From assembly GCA_964252035.1 (NCBI GenBank), contig OZ176209.1: a stretch of 64,000 bases of DNA. One strand, written 5' to 3'. Positions within the stretch are counted from its first letter, which is position 1. Every line of letters starts with the position of its first letter. The notes below the pieces were generated by a model, which was not told the DNA's origin, did not search any database, and saw nothing but the letters and a program-made list of their open reading frames with translations. Below are positions 1-12,238 of the stretch, piece after piece. The DNA comes from Podarcis erhardii. Its lineage: Eukaryota. The translations under genes and the position numbers were made by a program.

Positions 1-1833
1 CTTCTAAATAAATGCTGGTATAGCTTGCTGTGGGATATGTGCTTCTTGGAGCTTTGGTCAGTGTATGTGTTTATGTGCTGATGTTGTAAAATATTTGATA
101 TACTTAGTATCTGGCTGTTCATTCAAGGATATATTACCTTCTCTGGTAGCCTGCTGAAGGCTGAGGTTTCGTCTAAAGCAGGGGTCCCCAACTGTCATGC
201 CTGTTATGGTCATGGAGGACCCCTCCTAGTTACAAAACAGATCAACCTTTGGCCTGGTCCACTAGGCTTTTCTTATGCTCTTATGCTAAGGGGGATGTTT
301 GACACTGTGGGTGTCATATTGGAGGACCCAAAGTCTAAACTCTGGTTGCACTTCAGTTTTCCCTTCATGTTCATTCATTTATTTAATGAAGATTAAGCGC
401 ACTGTGAAAGTACTGAAAGGCAGAGTGACATGTGTGCTTTAAGCAATTCCATAAAAGGTACCATACAATTGCAAAAAAAAAAAACTGGGCACAAAATTCA
501 GTGTTCTGAAAAATCACATTTCATTTTTTAAAAAAGAGTGACACTTATAGCCTATGAAACAGGGAAACTCTGGTTTACTAGCTGCTGCTGGACACCATTC
601 ATCCCTGTCCTTTGGCTGAGCTGCCTGGGACTGATGGGAGTTGTAGTCCAACAATTTCTGGAGGGCTGTAGTTCCCCCGTTCCTGCTATAACACTTCTGA
701 GATGGGTAATGCCTTAGGGAGGAGCAAGGTTTTCCAGGGTAATTGACCGGGCTTCAATGGCCTGTTTGGCTCTTTGTCCTGCATAACTAACCAAAGCAGC
801 ACCACGTGCAAATTTTCATTTGCAAAATTGTTTAACTGAGTGCTTTCCAGGGTGGAAGGATGCCTAGGTGCCCTGTGCAAAACGATAATGTCTGTAAAGG
901 TAAATCTCAATTCAAGTGGAAGATTGGAGTCAGACTTGAATGCCAGACTAGGCATTCATACACAGTTTCATTAGACAAGAAATAGTTATGTGACTATTCC
1001 TCGGGGGAGACGCACAGATACACATATGGGGGGTGGGTATGATCAGCTGCTTTCTCCCATGTGAACTCTGTCACTGCCATAGTTGTCTTTAAACTCCCTC
1101 CTTCCACTATTCCTTCTGAACAGTAACAGAAGCTTTGCAGAGCCCTTTTCTTCCAATCCACCTGCGCTGCAAACTTCCATTTGCTTCTGCCTTGGCCCAG
1201 GCAAGGATGCAAGCAACAGAAGAGTGAAACAAGGAGAGGGCTCTGTGTAATCCTCTTTTTACTGTTCATGCAGGAGCAAATGGAGTTAAGCTTCTGCATG
1301 CATTTAAGCTTATGGTAGTGAATCAGTAGGCTGAGCAACAATAATAACGTCTCTTAATTAAAAACAGCTGCTTTGTTGCTATGTTGTACCTAAATTGGTC
1401 TGGCCTGGACTTCCACAAGTTGTGATCCCTGCCATCTCCCAAGCTGAACAGTGCTCCCAAGCCATGTATATTAGTGCACCAAGAGTTTGATGAACCAACT
1501 CTTTCTGTTGCCTGTGACTACCAAAATTGGCAGCGGGGGTTGGGTAGGGGGTAGGGTTGTACCTCTGGCAGGCTACAATACATGGCTTGTAGGTTGCATT
1601 TGGGTTTGGGTCACAGGCAGTGCAGGCCTGGTCAAGTATTTGTTTCCTGATTCTGAAGCATTCACCCTCATACATAGTGCCATGTTGCACTTTGAGCAAC
1701 CTTTGTGTTTGTTACTGTTCATTTTGTTTTCAGCGTATTAATGTTTAACTGGCTGTGCTCCATTTTATGTGTGTGGGTTTTATTATTTATTTATTTTTGC
1801 CTTTGCCATTCCTTCCCCCTCCCCCTTTTAAAG

Positions 1834-1884
1834 TCGATTTACGTCCCACACGCCTTGGCATTCAAGAGATCATACGCATCAAAG
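1834..1884 (+). CDS. MICAL3: MICAL3 cassette exon, 51 nt, phase 0/0, SIYVPHALAFKRSYASK
   Basis: Pyrimidine tract then TTTTAAAG acceptor, 17 stop-free codons, AAG|GTAGTG donor. Joins in frame to the exon at 4565. Three TGCATG motifs downstream. Confidence 0.8.
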
Positions 1885-2235
1885 GTAGTGTCTCCATTCT
1901 CATTGACTGGCCACAGTTGCATGCATTCCCATTATTAACCTTCCAGAACTATAGTCTATGTCCCATCTCCCTGCCTTTGTTTGTACTAATGTAATTCCTG
2001 ACTGTGCATGTATGAAATGGTTAAAAAAAAATAAGGGCAACCTGATCAAGGAAATGTCAAATCCTAAACCTTCATGCTCACTTGAAATGCATGCAGTATG
2101 TGCATCAAGGATCAACCAGAGAGAGAAAACCTCTTGATCTTGTTTTGTTGCTTTTTAAAAAGGTTTTAAAGGGTATTTTGCTGGACATATTAGGTACTTA
2201 CTTATATCTGGTATAAATTGAAATTATTTTACTTT

Positions 2236-2441
2236 ATTATTTATTGCATTTTTATTCTGCTCATCCTCCAAGGAGATCAAGGTGGCTTACAAGATTTCCC
2301 CATTTTATCCTCACAACAACCCTGATAGGTAGGGTAAGCTGAGAGGAAAAGATCAGCTGAAGGTCACCCAGTGAGCTGAATGGAGATTTGAGCTTGGATC
2401 TCCCCAGTTGTAGTCCTCTACTCTAATCACCATGCCACACA
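2236..2441 (-). mobile_element. Degenerate MIR/Ther1-related (Squam3-like) tRNA SINE
   Basis: CCCCATTTTATCCTCACAACAACCCTG...GCTGAGAG...AAGGTCACCCAGTGAGCT core. Boundaries approximate. Confidence 0.65.
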
Positions 2442-4564
2442 GTAGCCTTGGCCATTATAATTTATTGATATGTTTCTGTACACTCCATATAAGTCAGTGT
2501 AAAAAATATAAGTATACACATAGGTAGAGTGCACAAAACAAGCGTCATTTTAATAATAATAACAACAACAACAACTTTTGCAAATACTTGTGTTCATTGC
2601 CACCGTTCTCCAAATCATTTGGTTAATTCTGAATTATTGATGAAAGCTGGTTCCAAATTGCAGCCCAAGTAACATATTGTTTTAGGGGGTATCACAATAT
2701 CACCTCAGTTGCCCCTCTTCCCATTCTAAGCACATTCACATCAGTGGCTGTAATTGGTTTTGAACCTGTTCCATTTCCCTAAGGAACTATTGAGTTCTAT
2801 GTGAGTGTGACCTAGATATGTCAAACTGACTTCTCAGCAAGCTACAGTTCTTGAGATTCTTGGGAGAAACCAGTATCAAGTTTGTTGTGCAGCGATGCCT
2901 TCCAACTCTGCTCACAGGTTATATTCTCATGTTACCATTTTGTGTGTCGAAATCTACACATCTTTGAAGGCGTGCACATTGTAATGTGAGAGTTGTCATC
3001 CAGGTGTGTTTTCTTCTTTTGGCGTAGTATATGCTTCAACTTCTTGATGCATACATTGAGCCAAATGGGAAATAAATGTGCAAGCATTCTCAGCTTAGGA
3101 AATGCAGGTTTTCCTGCTGAAGTGTGGATTTTAACATATAAAAATGTAATATGAGAAGTAGCACTTGATTTGAGGTTGCAGTCTTGAATAAGAAAACACT
3201 GAAAGAGGCAATTCACGGATTTGCTTTTCTCAGGGCAAACACATCACTTTTACACATTCTGTAGCCAAATACTTACATAAGCTACCAGTAAAACTGTTAG
3301 GATGGGCTTAGTGGGGCTCCAAAGTGATCTTCCTGTGATTTAGCATCTTTTTAGCACTAATAAACTCTGGTAACGCTAATGACTTCCAATCTCTAGTCTG
3401 ACTAGGATTTCAGCCACCCAAATCTTGTTGACTTGATTTTTTAAAATGGCATGAAGGTAATAGGGGATGCTGGGATATTTGTGTCAATCGGGGGCTGCTC
3501 TGAATTGTCAAGGGAGGATAATAGGTTAGGAAAACACATGATCCACACATCTTGTTACAACATGGATGTGACTTCTCAGCCCCAAAGCAACTCTGTAAGT
3601 TGCATGTTTATCTTGAAACTAGTTGTGTATATTAATGATTTTGACAAGATGTTTAAAATACACTGGAGTATGTGTCCATAAAACTGGAAGACATAGGCAG
3701 CTTATAACCCCATAGAGGTAGTTCACACCACAAATTTATAGCTAAGTTGTATGATCAGCAGGCCCATGTGACACAACTGCTACTTGACCATTTAAGACTG
3801 TTGTTAGGGTGATCTCACAGTTGTATGGTTGCCTAGAATGTTTTTATGTTAGCTGGAAGGATATTTGCGTAGCTTTCCTCGTTGCGTTCTAGTTTTGTAT
3901 GTGCTAAGAATTTACTTTTTAATATAGTAAAGAATTCATATTGCCATTATTCCCATTTGCTGGTTGAAGTGATTACATAGGCCTTTAGTACATTACATAG
4001 GCCTTTAGATCATGAGTTTCCTCTATTGTTGCATTGAAAATGCAGGTTGAGTGGTTCCATGCCCTGCTGATTAAGTGATTGATAGGAGTTGCAAATATGG
4101 TAGGAGTTGCAACCTGGACTCATGGTAGCACAAGGAAATAGGCAGTATACCATGTGCTTTAATCTACAATGACCTCTCAGCCTATTTCGTAAGATGATTT
4201 GGTCAGGGGTTTATTTTTTTTACTTTGCCTAGGTCAAAAAGTAAAACAACAGGCTCCCTTCTTTGTAAGAAAGCTGATGAAATCAGGCACACCTCCTATC
4301 TTTAGGGCAAGCCACAAGGAGAATTGAAGAGGATGCAGCTGTAACTGGAAGCTCTCTGTTAAATCACTGCTTTGCACCTGATTCATGCCTTTCCTTCACA
4401 CCTTACTTCTGCACCAAGGCCCACGCACTGCACTATTAGCACTCAAATTGACAGTTTGCCCACTGAGAAGAAAGCCCAGCAAGTAGCACCTTCTGTTCCT
4501 AGTTATTGAGGCTGACAGCTTTGTTGCAAGGGACTGAAATGCATTCCTCTCTTTATTGCTGCAG

Positions 4565-4672
4565 AAAGCATACACGGAGGATGAGCTCAACGCCAAACTG
4601 ACCAGGCGGGTGCAGAAAGCTGCTCGCCGTCAAGCCAAGCAGGAGGAGCTGAAGAGGTTACACAGGGCTCAG
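4565..4672 (+). CDS. MICAL3: MICAL3 exon, KAYTEDELNAKLTRRVQKAARRQAKQEELKRLHRAQ
   Basis: TGCAG acceptor, CAG|GTAAAG donor, 108 nt. Near-identical to the remembered vertebrate MICAL3 segment leading into the bMERB domain. Confidence 0.95.
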
Positions 4673-5260
4673 GTAAAGCCACAATTTTCATCCATAATTT
4701 CCAGGAAGAAAAATTCATGAGCCTTTAAGAAGATAACCTCCTTTGCAGTGTGCATCAGAAAACTGCATGTCTCGAGGAAGGTCACATTACATTGACCTGT
4801 CTGGTGGTATGGTCCTGACGTTTTCCCATAATTAACTGCACTTCCTACATGTAAGGTTTGACAACGGTACATATTACTCTCCTGTTGCTGCCTGGAGTGC
4901 CGCTTTTGTAAGAAACCTGTATGAGCAGCTGCAAGCAATATACCTATGTACACTTCTGCCTTGTACGGATCCAGAACAGTAACTGGAGAATGTGTGACTT
5001 ATCAATATCCTGAAGACACTTCACACAGCAGCACAAACAAAAAGGCATATCCCGGCCCTGAGGAGCTTTCAGTCTAGATTTTGACCAAATGGAGACAAAG
5101 GAGAGGAAGGTGGACCCTGGGGCAAGAGGAAGAATATACACAAATTCATACTACTCAAATATAGTAGGGGGTTATGGTTAAGAGATGTTGTAGAAGAAAG
5201 ATTCCAAAATTATTTGAAGGTATTTTTGGGAAAGGTGTGTGAGTACTTCCCACGTATCTA

Positions 5261-5467
5261 GGGCTTGTCCACACTTTGCTTGTCCCATTCCTAGAAAGCA
5301 TGAGTCTGAGAAGTTTTCTGTTTGCCCCGCTGCTTGCCTCATGAAAACCTACTCTTTGGCACTGAATCGGAGCAAAGTCAATCCATGGGAAACCTGATTG
5401 ACGTTTGCTCCGATTCAGTGCTAAAGAGTAGATTTCCCTGGGGGAAAGCAAATGTGTAGACAAGCCC
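5261..5467. mobile_element. PIF/Harbinger-like MITE with internal long hairpin
   Basis: 14-bp TIRs GGGCTTGTCCACAC / GTGTAGACAAGCCC (1 mismatch), 3-bp flanks CTA/CTG. Confidence 0.7.
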
Positions 5468-5788
5468 CTGGTCCCCATAGTGTCCACACACTGGATACTT
5501 CACCCACCATTTTTAAGGACACATGGAGAGCATGTTGCCAAACCAGGTACTTGGGGGGGGGGAATTCCCAGATGGGCCACTGTTTGGAAAACACCAGTGC
5601 TCTCTTTTCCCCCAGGAGTTGATCGTCAGTTACAAAACCTTAAGGCCCCTCTGGTTTTTGCCTCTGGAAAAGCTCTTAGGTGGCGCTGATCTGTTTTGGA
5701 AGCACTGGAGATTCTTGAAATTAGTATCCTGCCATTTGAACACAGGAGAATGAGGACCTATGTGTCTGTTTTCCCTCTTTTCCCATAG

Positions 5789-5882
5789 ATTATCCAACGA
5801 CAGCTGGAGCAAGTAGAAGAGAAGCAAAGGCAGTTGGAGGAGAGGGGAGTCGCTGTTGAGAAGGCTCTTAGGGGAGAAGCAG
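5789..5882 (+). CDS. MICAL3: MICAL3 exon, IIQRQLEQVEEKQRQLEERGVAVEKALRGEA (bMERB first helix)
   Basis: CCCATAG acceptor, AG|GTACCT donor, 94 nt, ends in phase 1. Matches MICAL3 bMERB. Confidence 0.95.
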
Positions 5883-8800
5883 GTACCTTCCAGTCTTCCA
5901 TCTTGTGTTTTTCTTTTCTTACTACATTTTTATGCAAAGGTTCATAACAACCTGTATGCTAGCTTTACAGACTGGTCCCTTCCTAAGCTGCAAGTTCTTT
6001 TATTAAATTATCTTTTTAAACAAATGAATTAAAATTCACCATTTCCCTTCTCTATCAGATCTTGGGCTTCTCTGCCTGTGAAGCTACCTAAATGGCAAGT
6101 TCCCTTAGCCGGGTTTCATTTGCTCTGAAAATACGTTTCACCTCTTCAGGACAAAGTTTTGTCCAATTATTGCAAAAAGGTGGTAATGCATATAGGTTAC
6201 CCATCTGCCTAGCTTTCCTTTAGGAAATAAAACTTGGTTGTGGCAAGGAAGCTTCCACTTTGCCCAGCAAGATGAAAAAGAGAAGAAAGTAATTGATATA
6301 AATTTGTGTTTTTTAATTCACTGTGCCTTGAATCAGCATTAGCACCCTCATAAGGGACCATCACAGAACAGCCCCAGCAAGTATCACATGCTCTCTGCAA
6401 AATCATGCACAGCTTCAAGGCGTGTGAAACAGAAATTCAATACAACATGTGAAACAGTTGTTGTCGTCGTCATCTGCTGTTAATGGAATGAACCTCTACA
6501 CTTGATGGCCTGGTCTAATGAATGGTACTTGGAATTAACATAGATGAAAGACATTAAGAGCAGAACTAGATGTTACTGCAGGACTGCTACTGAAAACCCA
6601 AAACTCTGCATGCAGTCTTCTGCCCACACACCCTTCTTAATGCCCAGTGAAAATTGCTATGCAACGTGATGTCGTCACTCTTGACTTTCCCTGCCTCCAT
6701 CCTTCTTCATTGGGTGCCGAGGTGAGAGAATTCACTGCAAGACATTGCATGGTGAGTTTCACTAGACCTTACGAGGGAGGAAGAAGGAGTAATGAGAATA
6801 CTGTTTTACCTGTAGCCCTGTGTCTGCCATAATGTCTAGTTCACCCGTGGGAGAGAACATAGTTAGATGATGATTTCCTCACTTGACATATTCTGCCACT
6901 CCTTCCTTGAGAAACAATTAGAGGCAAATATAGAAAAGCCCAGGTTATTTCACATGATCCATTTACCAGAGGTGTAAGAGGCAACCTACTTGGTGAAAAT
7001 GAATTTAACTTAATTTTGAGAATATGTAAAGACGAGTAACCTTTTGTTATACTGACCTTAAGTTTGGGAGGGAAATGTAACTAAATTGACTTTCCTCAAA
7101 ACAGCCTGGAAGAATTGTTTTTCTGCCTTGTTTGAAGCTTGGATTGACACACTGAAATTTCCAATAGGAATGCGGTAGGATTATCAGTGACCGGACAAGC
7201 AGTGCACTAAGAACAGATACTACCTGAACATTACACTTAATTATTACAATGTATTTCTTTTTATTATGATGTATATCCTGCCCTATTCTGAAATCTCCTG
7301 GTAAATAACATCCTATTTGAGACAGATTTAACAATATCAAAGGCAACACAGGATGAATTAAATTTTAATCCCTTGTGTGCTGTCCTTGACCACCAAATGC
7401 CACCCCAGTTACAGGAGACTTTCCCTACCTGTGTTAGATACCCAGGTTTTGACAAATCTTAAAAAGATTAGGAATTCCATAATTGTGGATTAGCCCTCGG
7501 GAAGTCTCATGTATCCTTATAGTTGAAAATTACTTTGCAGAGAGTGGCCTACAGTGATCTTGGCACCTGCAAGGGAGCCCCAGGGAGGGAACTGTGTGGG
7601 ACTTAATCTCTTTAAGATTGTAACCAGCAACATCTAGTGCACCACAATCACAAACTGAGCATCATACCTTCTCCTTATTTTCAAAGGCAGTCTTCCCTAA
7701 AGCTACATACAGATATTAACATTTTTGAGTTAATGAGTACATTTTGATAGTGCCATCACCACTAGCTGCCCAAACTTGCTTATTTTATCCTGCAGTTGAC
7801 TCTGGTTTAAAATGCTTTTTTCAGGCTTTCAGAGTCATTCTTGTTGCATCAGAGAGAATTTGATTGCCTCCAACTTGAAAGGGAGAGAATCTATAGAGAA
7901 TATGTTTTGGTAGGACTGCAGAGTGCAGCTTTTTGCTAGTGGTAGCTCACAGCATCAGCTGGGGCCAAATCATGTACTCAGTCGAACTTAATCCCTGGAA
8001 TACTTTTACAACTATTTAAATATTGTTGTTTAAATTGTTTCATAAAATGAATGCAGGTATATAGTTTTAAAAGAATTGAAAGAATTATGCACCTCTACAT
8101 TCAACAGTCTACAGCCATCTCAAACTTTTTTTTTTTGTCACCTGACATTCATTTCATTGTCCCCCAGCATCCTTATAGGTGGTGTCATCAGAATTTGAGG
8201 AGCTTTGCAAACAACTGTGGCCTTTACTTGCCACACTTCATGGGCAGTGGTGGTGCTTTGGCAAGCAGAAAATTATTAGAGATGGCTTTAGATATCTAAA
8301 ATGTGATGGGGAAGTGGAGAGGGAGAGACAAATGAAAAGGTTGGCTTATTTGGGGGCCTCACAGGTGTGCCTATGAGTATTAATAATTGCCTTTTGAATT
8401 CAGGATTTATAGCTGAAAGATGTCCATATTCAGTAATCCCATGAAAAATGGACTGTTAATGGGGCATGCTCTTGTTTCATGAGATGAGAGAATTATTAAT
8501 TTTTTAGATTTTCATGTGCCTTAAAACCTCTTTTTCCTTACACACCTTCAATATCAGCAGTAACTTATTTCTGTATACTGTCCAAACAACCTTGACTGCC
8601 TTATGCAGTGTATATAGTATTGGCCAAACTGATATGCCTTGCAGACTACAGTTACAAAGCCTTATTCTCTTAATGGCTAGTAATAGGTTTGCTGGAAAAG
8701 GAGCTTCTGCTTTGGTAATGCAGATGGGAAGAGAACACCTTCCCCAAACTACCCATTCTTTATTGTTAAAACAGCTTCCTTGTGTATGAGTTAATTAGAA

Positions 8801-9176
8801 TTTTGTGTCCATTTCACGCAAGACTTATTCTACATTGATACTGCTTCTACTGTTAGGAGCATTGCATGCACACTTTAACATGGGACAAATACACAAAAGC
8901 TCTCCTACTATGTGCACTTGTGGTGAAACAGACATGGGATGTGCTTATCATGTTGTAATAAACACACAGCATACATGCCCTTGCCGTATGTAGACAGCAT
9001 AGACACTGTACATAGGAAGTGATTTTCTGCCTGGAGCACTTTTGTACACTTTCTATGCTACTTTATATATTGAAAACTAAAGTTCATCTTATTGTGTGAT
9101 GTGTCAAAGGAACATACTTTGTGCATTCCATAAACAGCCCAATGCACTTTGGTACTCCAGGCAGAAAATCCAAGTA

Positions 9177-9395
9177 CAGTCGTACCTTGGAAGTCGAATG
9201 GAATCTGTTCCAGAAGTCTGTTCGACTTCCAAAACATTTGGAAACCAAATCACAGCTTCTGATTGGCTGCAGGAAGCTCCAGATGTTTGGATTCCAAAAG
9301 AACGTTTGCAAACTGGAACAATCACTTCTGAGTTTGCGGCATTCGGGAGCCAAAACGTCTGAGTTCCAGGGCATTGAGGATCCAAGGTACGACTG
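9177..9395. mobile_element. Tc1/mariner (Tigger-like) MITE, family B
   Basis: Perfect 15-bp TIRs CAGTCGTACCTTGGA / TCCAAGGTACGACTG, TA on the left, TG on the right. Confidence 0.85.
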
Positions 9396-10848
9396 TGGTG
9401 CCCTTTACTACTTGGTAGTAATAATAATTAATTATAGTTTGGTGGCCTTTAATGGTTTTCCCCAAAATATCTGGCACCTGAGGCCAACTGGCTCAGCTTG
9501 CATAACAGAAGGTCCAAACCTATCTTGACCCAAGTGAAATTTTTGAGCATTGGACAAACTCTGACACCAATTTTCTTGAGTCTGTCATGGTGCTTCCTTC
9601 TTAGGGGTTGAAACTAAAGTAACAATCGACATTTTATTTCTGATTAGAAATAAATTAATTTGAAAAGTGTCATCCTAGAAACACAAGAAAACCCTTTATG
9701 ATGAGCAGTTCAGAGGATTTAAGTCTTCCATACATATTTTTGTTCTCTTGAGCTAAGTGACCCTAAAGTCTGTTGCATACATCATTACTGCTTTAATAAG
9801 GCTCTTCATAGTTTACCAGAATGTATAAAGATTTCCAAATGTTATATACTCCCAGCAGACATTGGCATGATTATTAGGCATACTGGATGCCCTATTTAAA
9901 CTGGAGGGGTTTTCGTTTGGGTCAGAATGGAGACGCTTTGTAGAACATAGTTATTTTAGGGGGAGAACCCTTACATTCTGCAGAAGGGGCATGGCAGCTG
10001 CTTAGTTTTTCCTAGCTATGTGGTGTTGAGTTCCTTGCCCAAATCCAGACACCCCTGGCCCATGTGGCCATTTCATGTTTCCTACTTCTGACAACACATC
10101 CTATAAAACAGTATCTGCCATTTATGGAAAGTGATCGCAGGAATGTAGATGTGTGAGAAAAGTTACCAAAGAATTGGCTATGCCCTTAGCCTTCCCAAGG
10201 CCAATCTTACATGCAAGATCCCAGATTCCATTGGGCTTGTTTGTGGATTTACCCCGGAGGTGAAAAAACTTACCAAAAAGAAGCTGCAAGAGTGAAGACC
10301 CTAGTACTTTTCTGGTTGCTTAGCCGACACAAAACGATGTAGCTGAATAAAAAGAAGGATGAAATGAGAAGACCCAGCCCAACGCCTTCCCCTACTCTCT
10401 TGAATGGAGATGTATCTTTCCCCAAATTCCCTCCCTACTGGAGAATGTTTGTGGATCCTTCCTTAATGTCCCCCAAAATAACAGTGCAATGCCTCATCTT
10501 GATACAAACCAGTATAGGTGACAAATCCTCATACAGAGTCCAGCCTGCTCTCCTTCTCTGCCTGGAAATCCATGCCTGCCTGTCCTCCCTGCCTATTTAC
10601 CAGGGAATACTTTATCCTCCCCCTGTCTTTACAGTATATACCGTATATATGTATGTGTATATATTTATTATAGAGTTGCATGATTTCTTGTTTCTTCTGT
10701 TTCTGTCTCTCTCTTTCCCTGTCTGCTTCTCTTATGTATGCAATTTCTCTTACAGAGTGCTTTGAATCCTGGGCAGGGAGTGGGGAGGGCTAGCAGGGGT
10801 GGGTACTTGAACCAATAACTCTCTCTCTTCACCGATTCCTTGTTGTAG

Positions 10849-10899
10849 ACTATTGGGGAGAGTCTTATTACAGTGACCTCATCGACTTGCACCTGGGTG
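10849..10899 (+). CDS. MICAL3: MICAL3 cassette exon, 51 nt, phase 1/1, DYWGESYYSDLIDLHLG
   Basis: TTGTAG acceptor, GTG|GTATGT donor, frame-preserving with no stop. Phase matches flanking exons. Resembles an insert I recall from vertebrate MICAL3 isoforms. Confidence 0.85.
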
Positions 10900-12130
10900 G
10901 TATGTATGGCAGAAACCTCTTTGCTGGCACTAACCCTGCTGACACCTGCTCCCGCCACCCTCTCCCTCCACCTACTTCTTTCCATCCCTGGCTCCTCACA
11001 AGCAATGAGAAGAAACCAATCTTGCACCTAATTGATTGGCTAGGGCACAACCCCTTTTCCAGCTCGGAGGAGAACTAGCAGGCCTTAATGAGCAGTGTTT
11101 TGGAATCGTAGAATCTCACAACTGCAGAGTTGGCAGGGACCCTGGGCTCGAACCACCAGCCATCTAGTTAACAGTCAGATGCACAATTGGGCAATGTCAC
11201 ATGAAGTCTAGGCTTTTTGCAAAACACCCCAGTGACAGGGGGCAGCGGGAATGGTTTCCATTTGGTTTCCTGTAGGAAAAAAACCAGGAATGAAAGTGGA
11301 AGAGATGTGCAGAAGTGCAGAGAATTTCTTTCTCATCACTTTTTGAATATTAAACCCCTTCTCAAGGGTTGATTTTTTTACTCCTTTTGCCACCAGGATA
11401 AACCTCTGCACCAACTTAAAATAACCTTTCCTGAGAAAGAAGTTTAATACTCAAAATTCGTTGGGCAACAAATTGTCTTTTGTACACATTTTGAAATTTT
11501 TCCTTTTTTATTCTGGGATTCATTGGAGGCCTGATCCAAAGTGTCACGTGCTGAGTTCTGTGCATGCACAGGGGACTCTCTTGTAAGCTGAGTGCCTTCT
11601 TTTTCCTCCAACACAATAATACTGGAGAAACCATTTCTGAAACATGGAGGTAAAAAACCCTGAGTCATCTCCTCCTCCTCTCTCCATTGGTGACATTTAA
11701 GAATTTCAGTCCATGAAAGGTTACGCCATAAAAATGTGTTAGTATTTAAGGTGTTTTTGCCGCAGTGTTCTAATTTGACTATCCTTCTGGCATTTAAAAA
11801 TGTGTAGTGCCACATTATTGCAATGAAAGACTTCACATTCATTTTGTGGCAGCCAATGAAATGGAGGGGGACAAGGAAGTGCAATATTATATGTTGCATG
11901 TTTTTAATTTCTAAGCATTGCAGGGGATCCAGGAAGAGGAGAAAGAGAGACATGGGATTGCTGCTCTTGCCAGTGGTCAGTGTCTGCTGTGAAAAGTAGT
12001 TGTAGCTTGAATGTAGTTTCAGGTGGTGGTGCTATAATGAAAAATAGAGGGACCTCTGGGGTACATGTACAAGACTTTAGCTAAAGGAGCTCTCTGGATC
12101 ATGGCCTCTTTTCAAACTTCATAATTTAAC

Positions 12131-12238
12131 CTGGGGTAGCTAACCTTTGAGATATTGTTGAACTACAGCTCTCATTAGCCCTGACTGTTGGCCATGCTGT
12201 TGGGGACTGATTGAGGGCCATAGGTTAGCCACCTCCAG
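12131..12238. mobile_element. Degenerate hAT-type palindromic MITE
   Basis: GGGGTAGCTAACC...GGTTAGCCACCTCC ends and the ACTACAGCTCTCAT...GGCCATGCTG core shared with other copies in the window. Confidence 0.55.

Noticed and set aside
1201-1246. Possible extra MICAL3 exon after CTTGGCCCAG
   Set aside because: Stop codon in phase 0, poor donor, length not a multiple of three, no resemblance to MICAL3.
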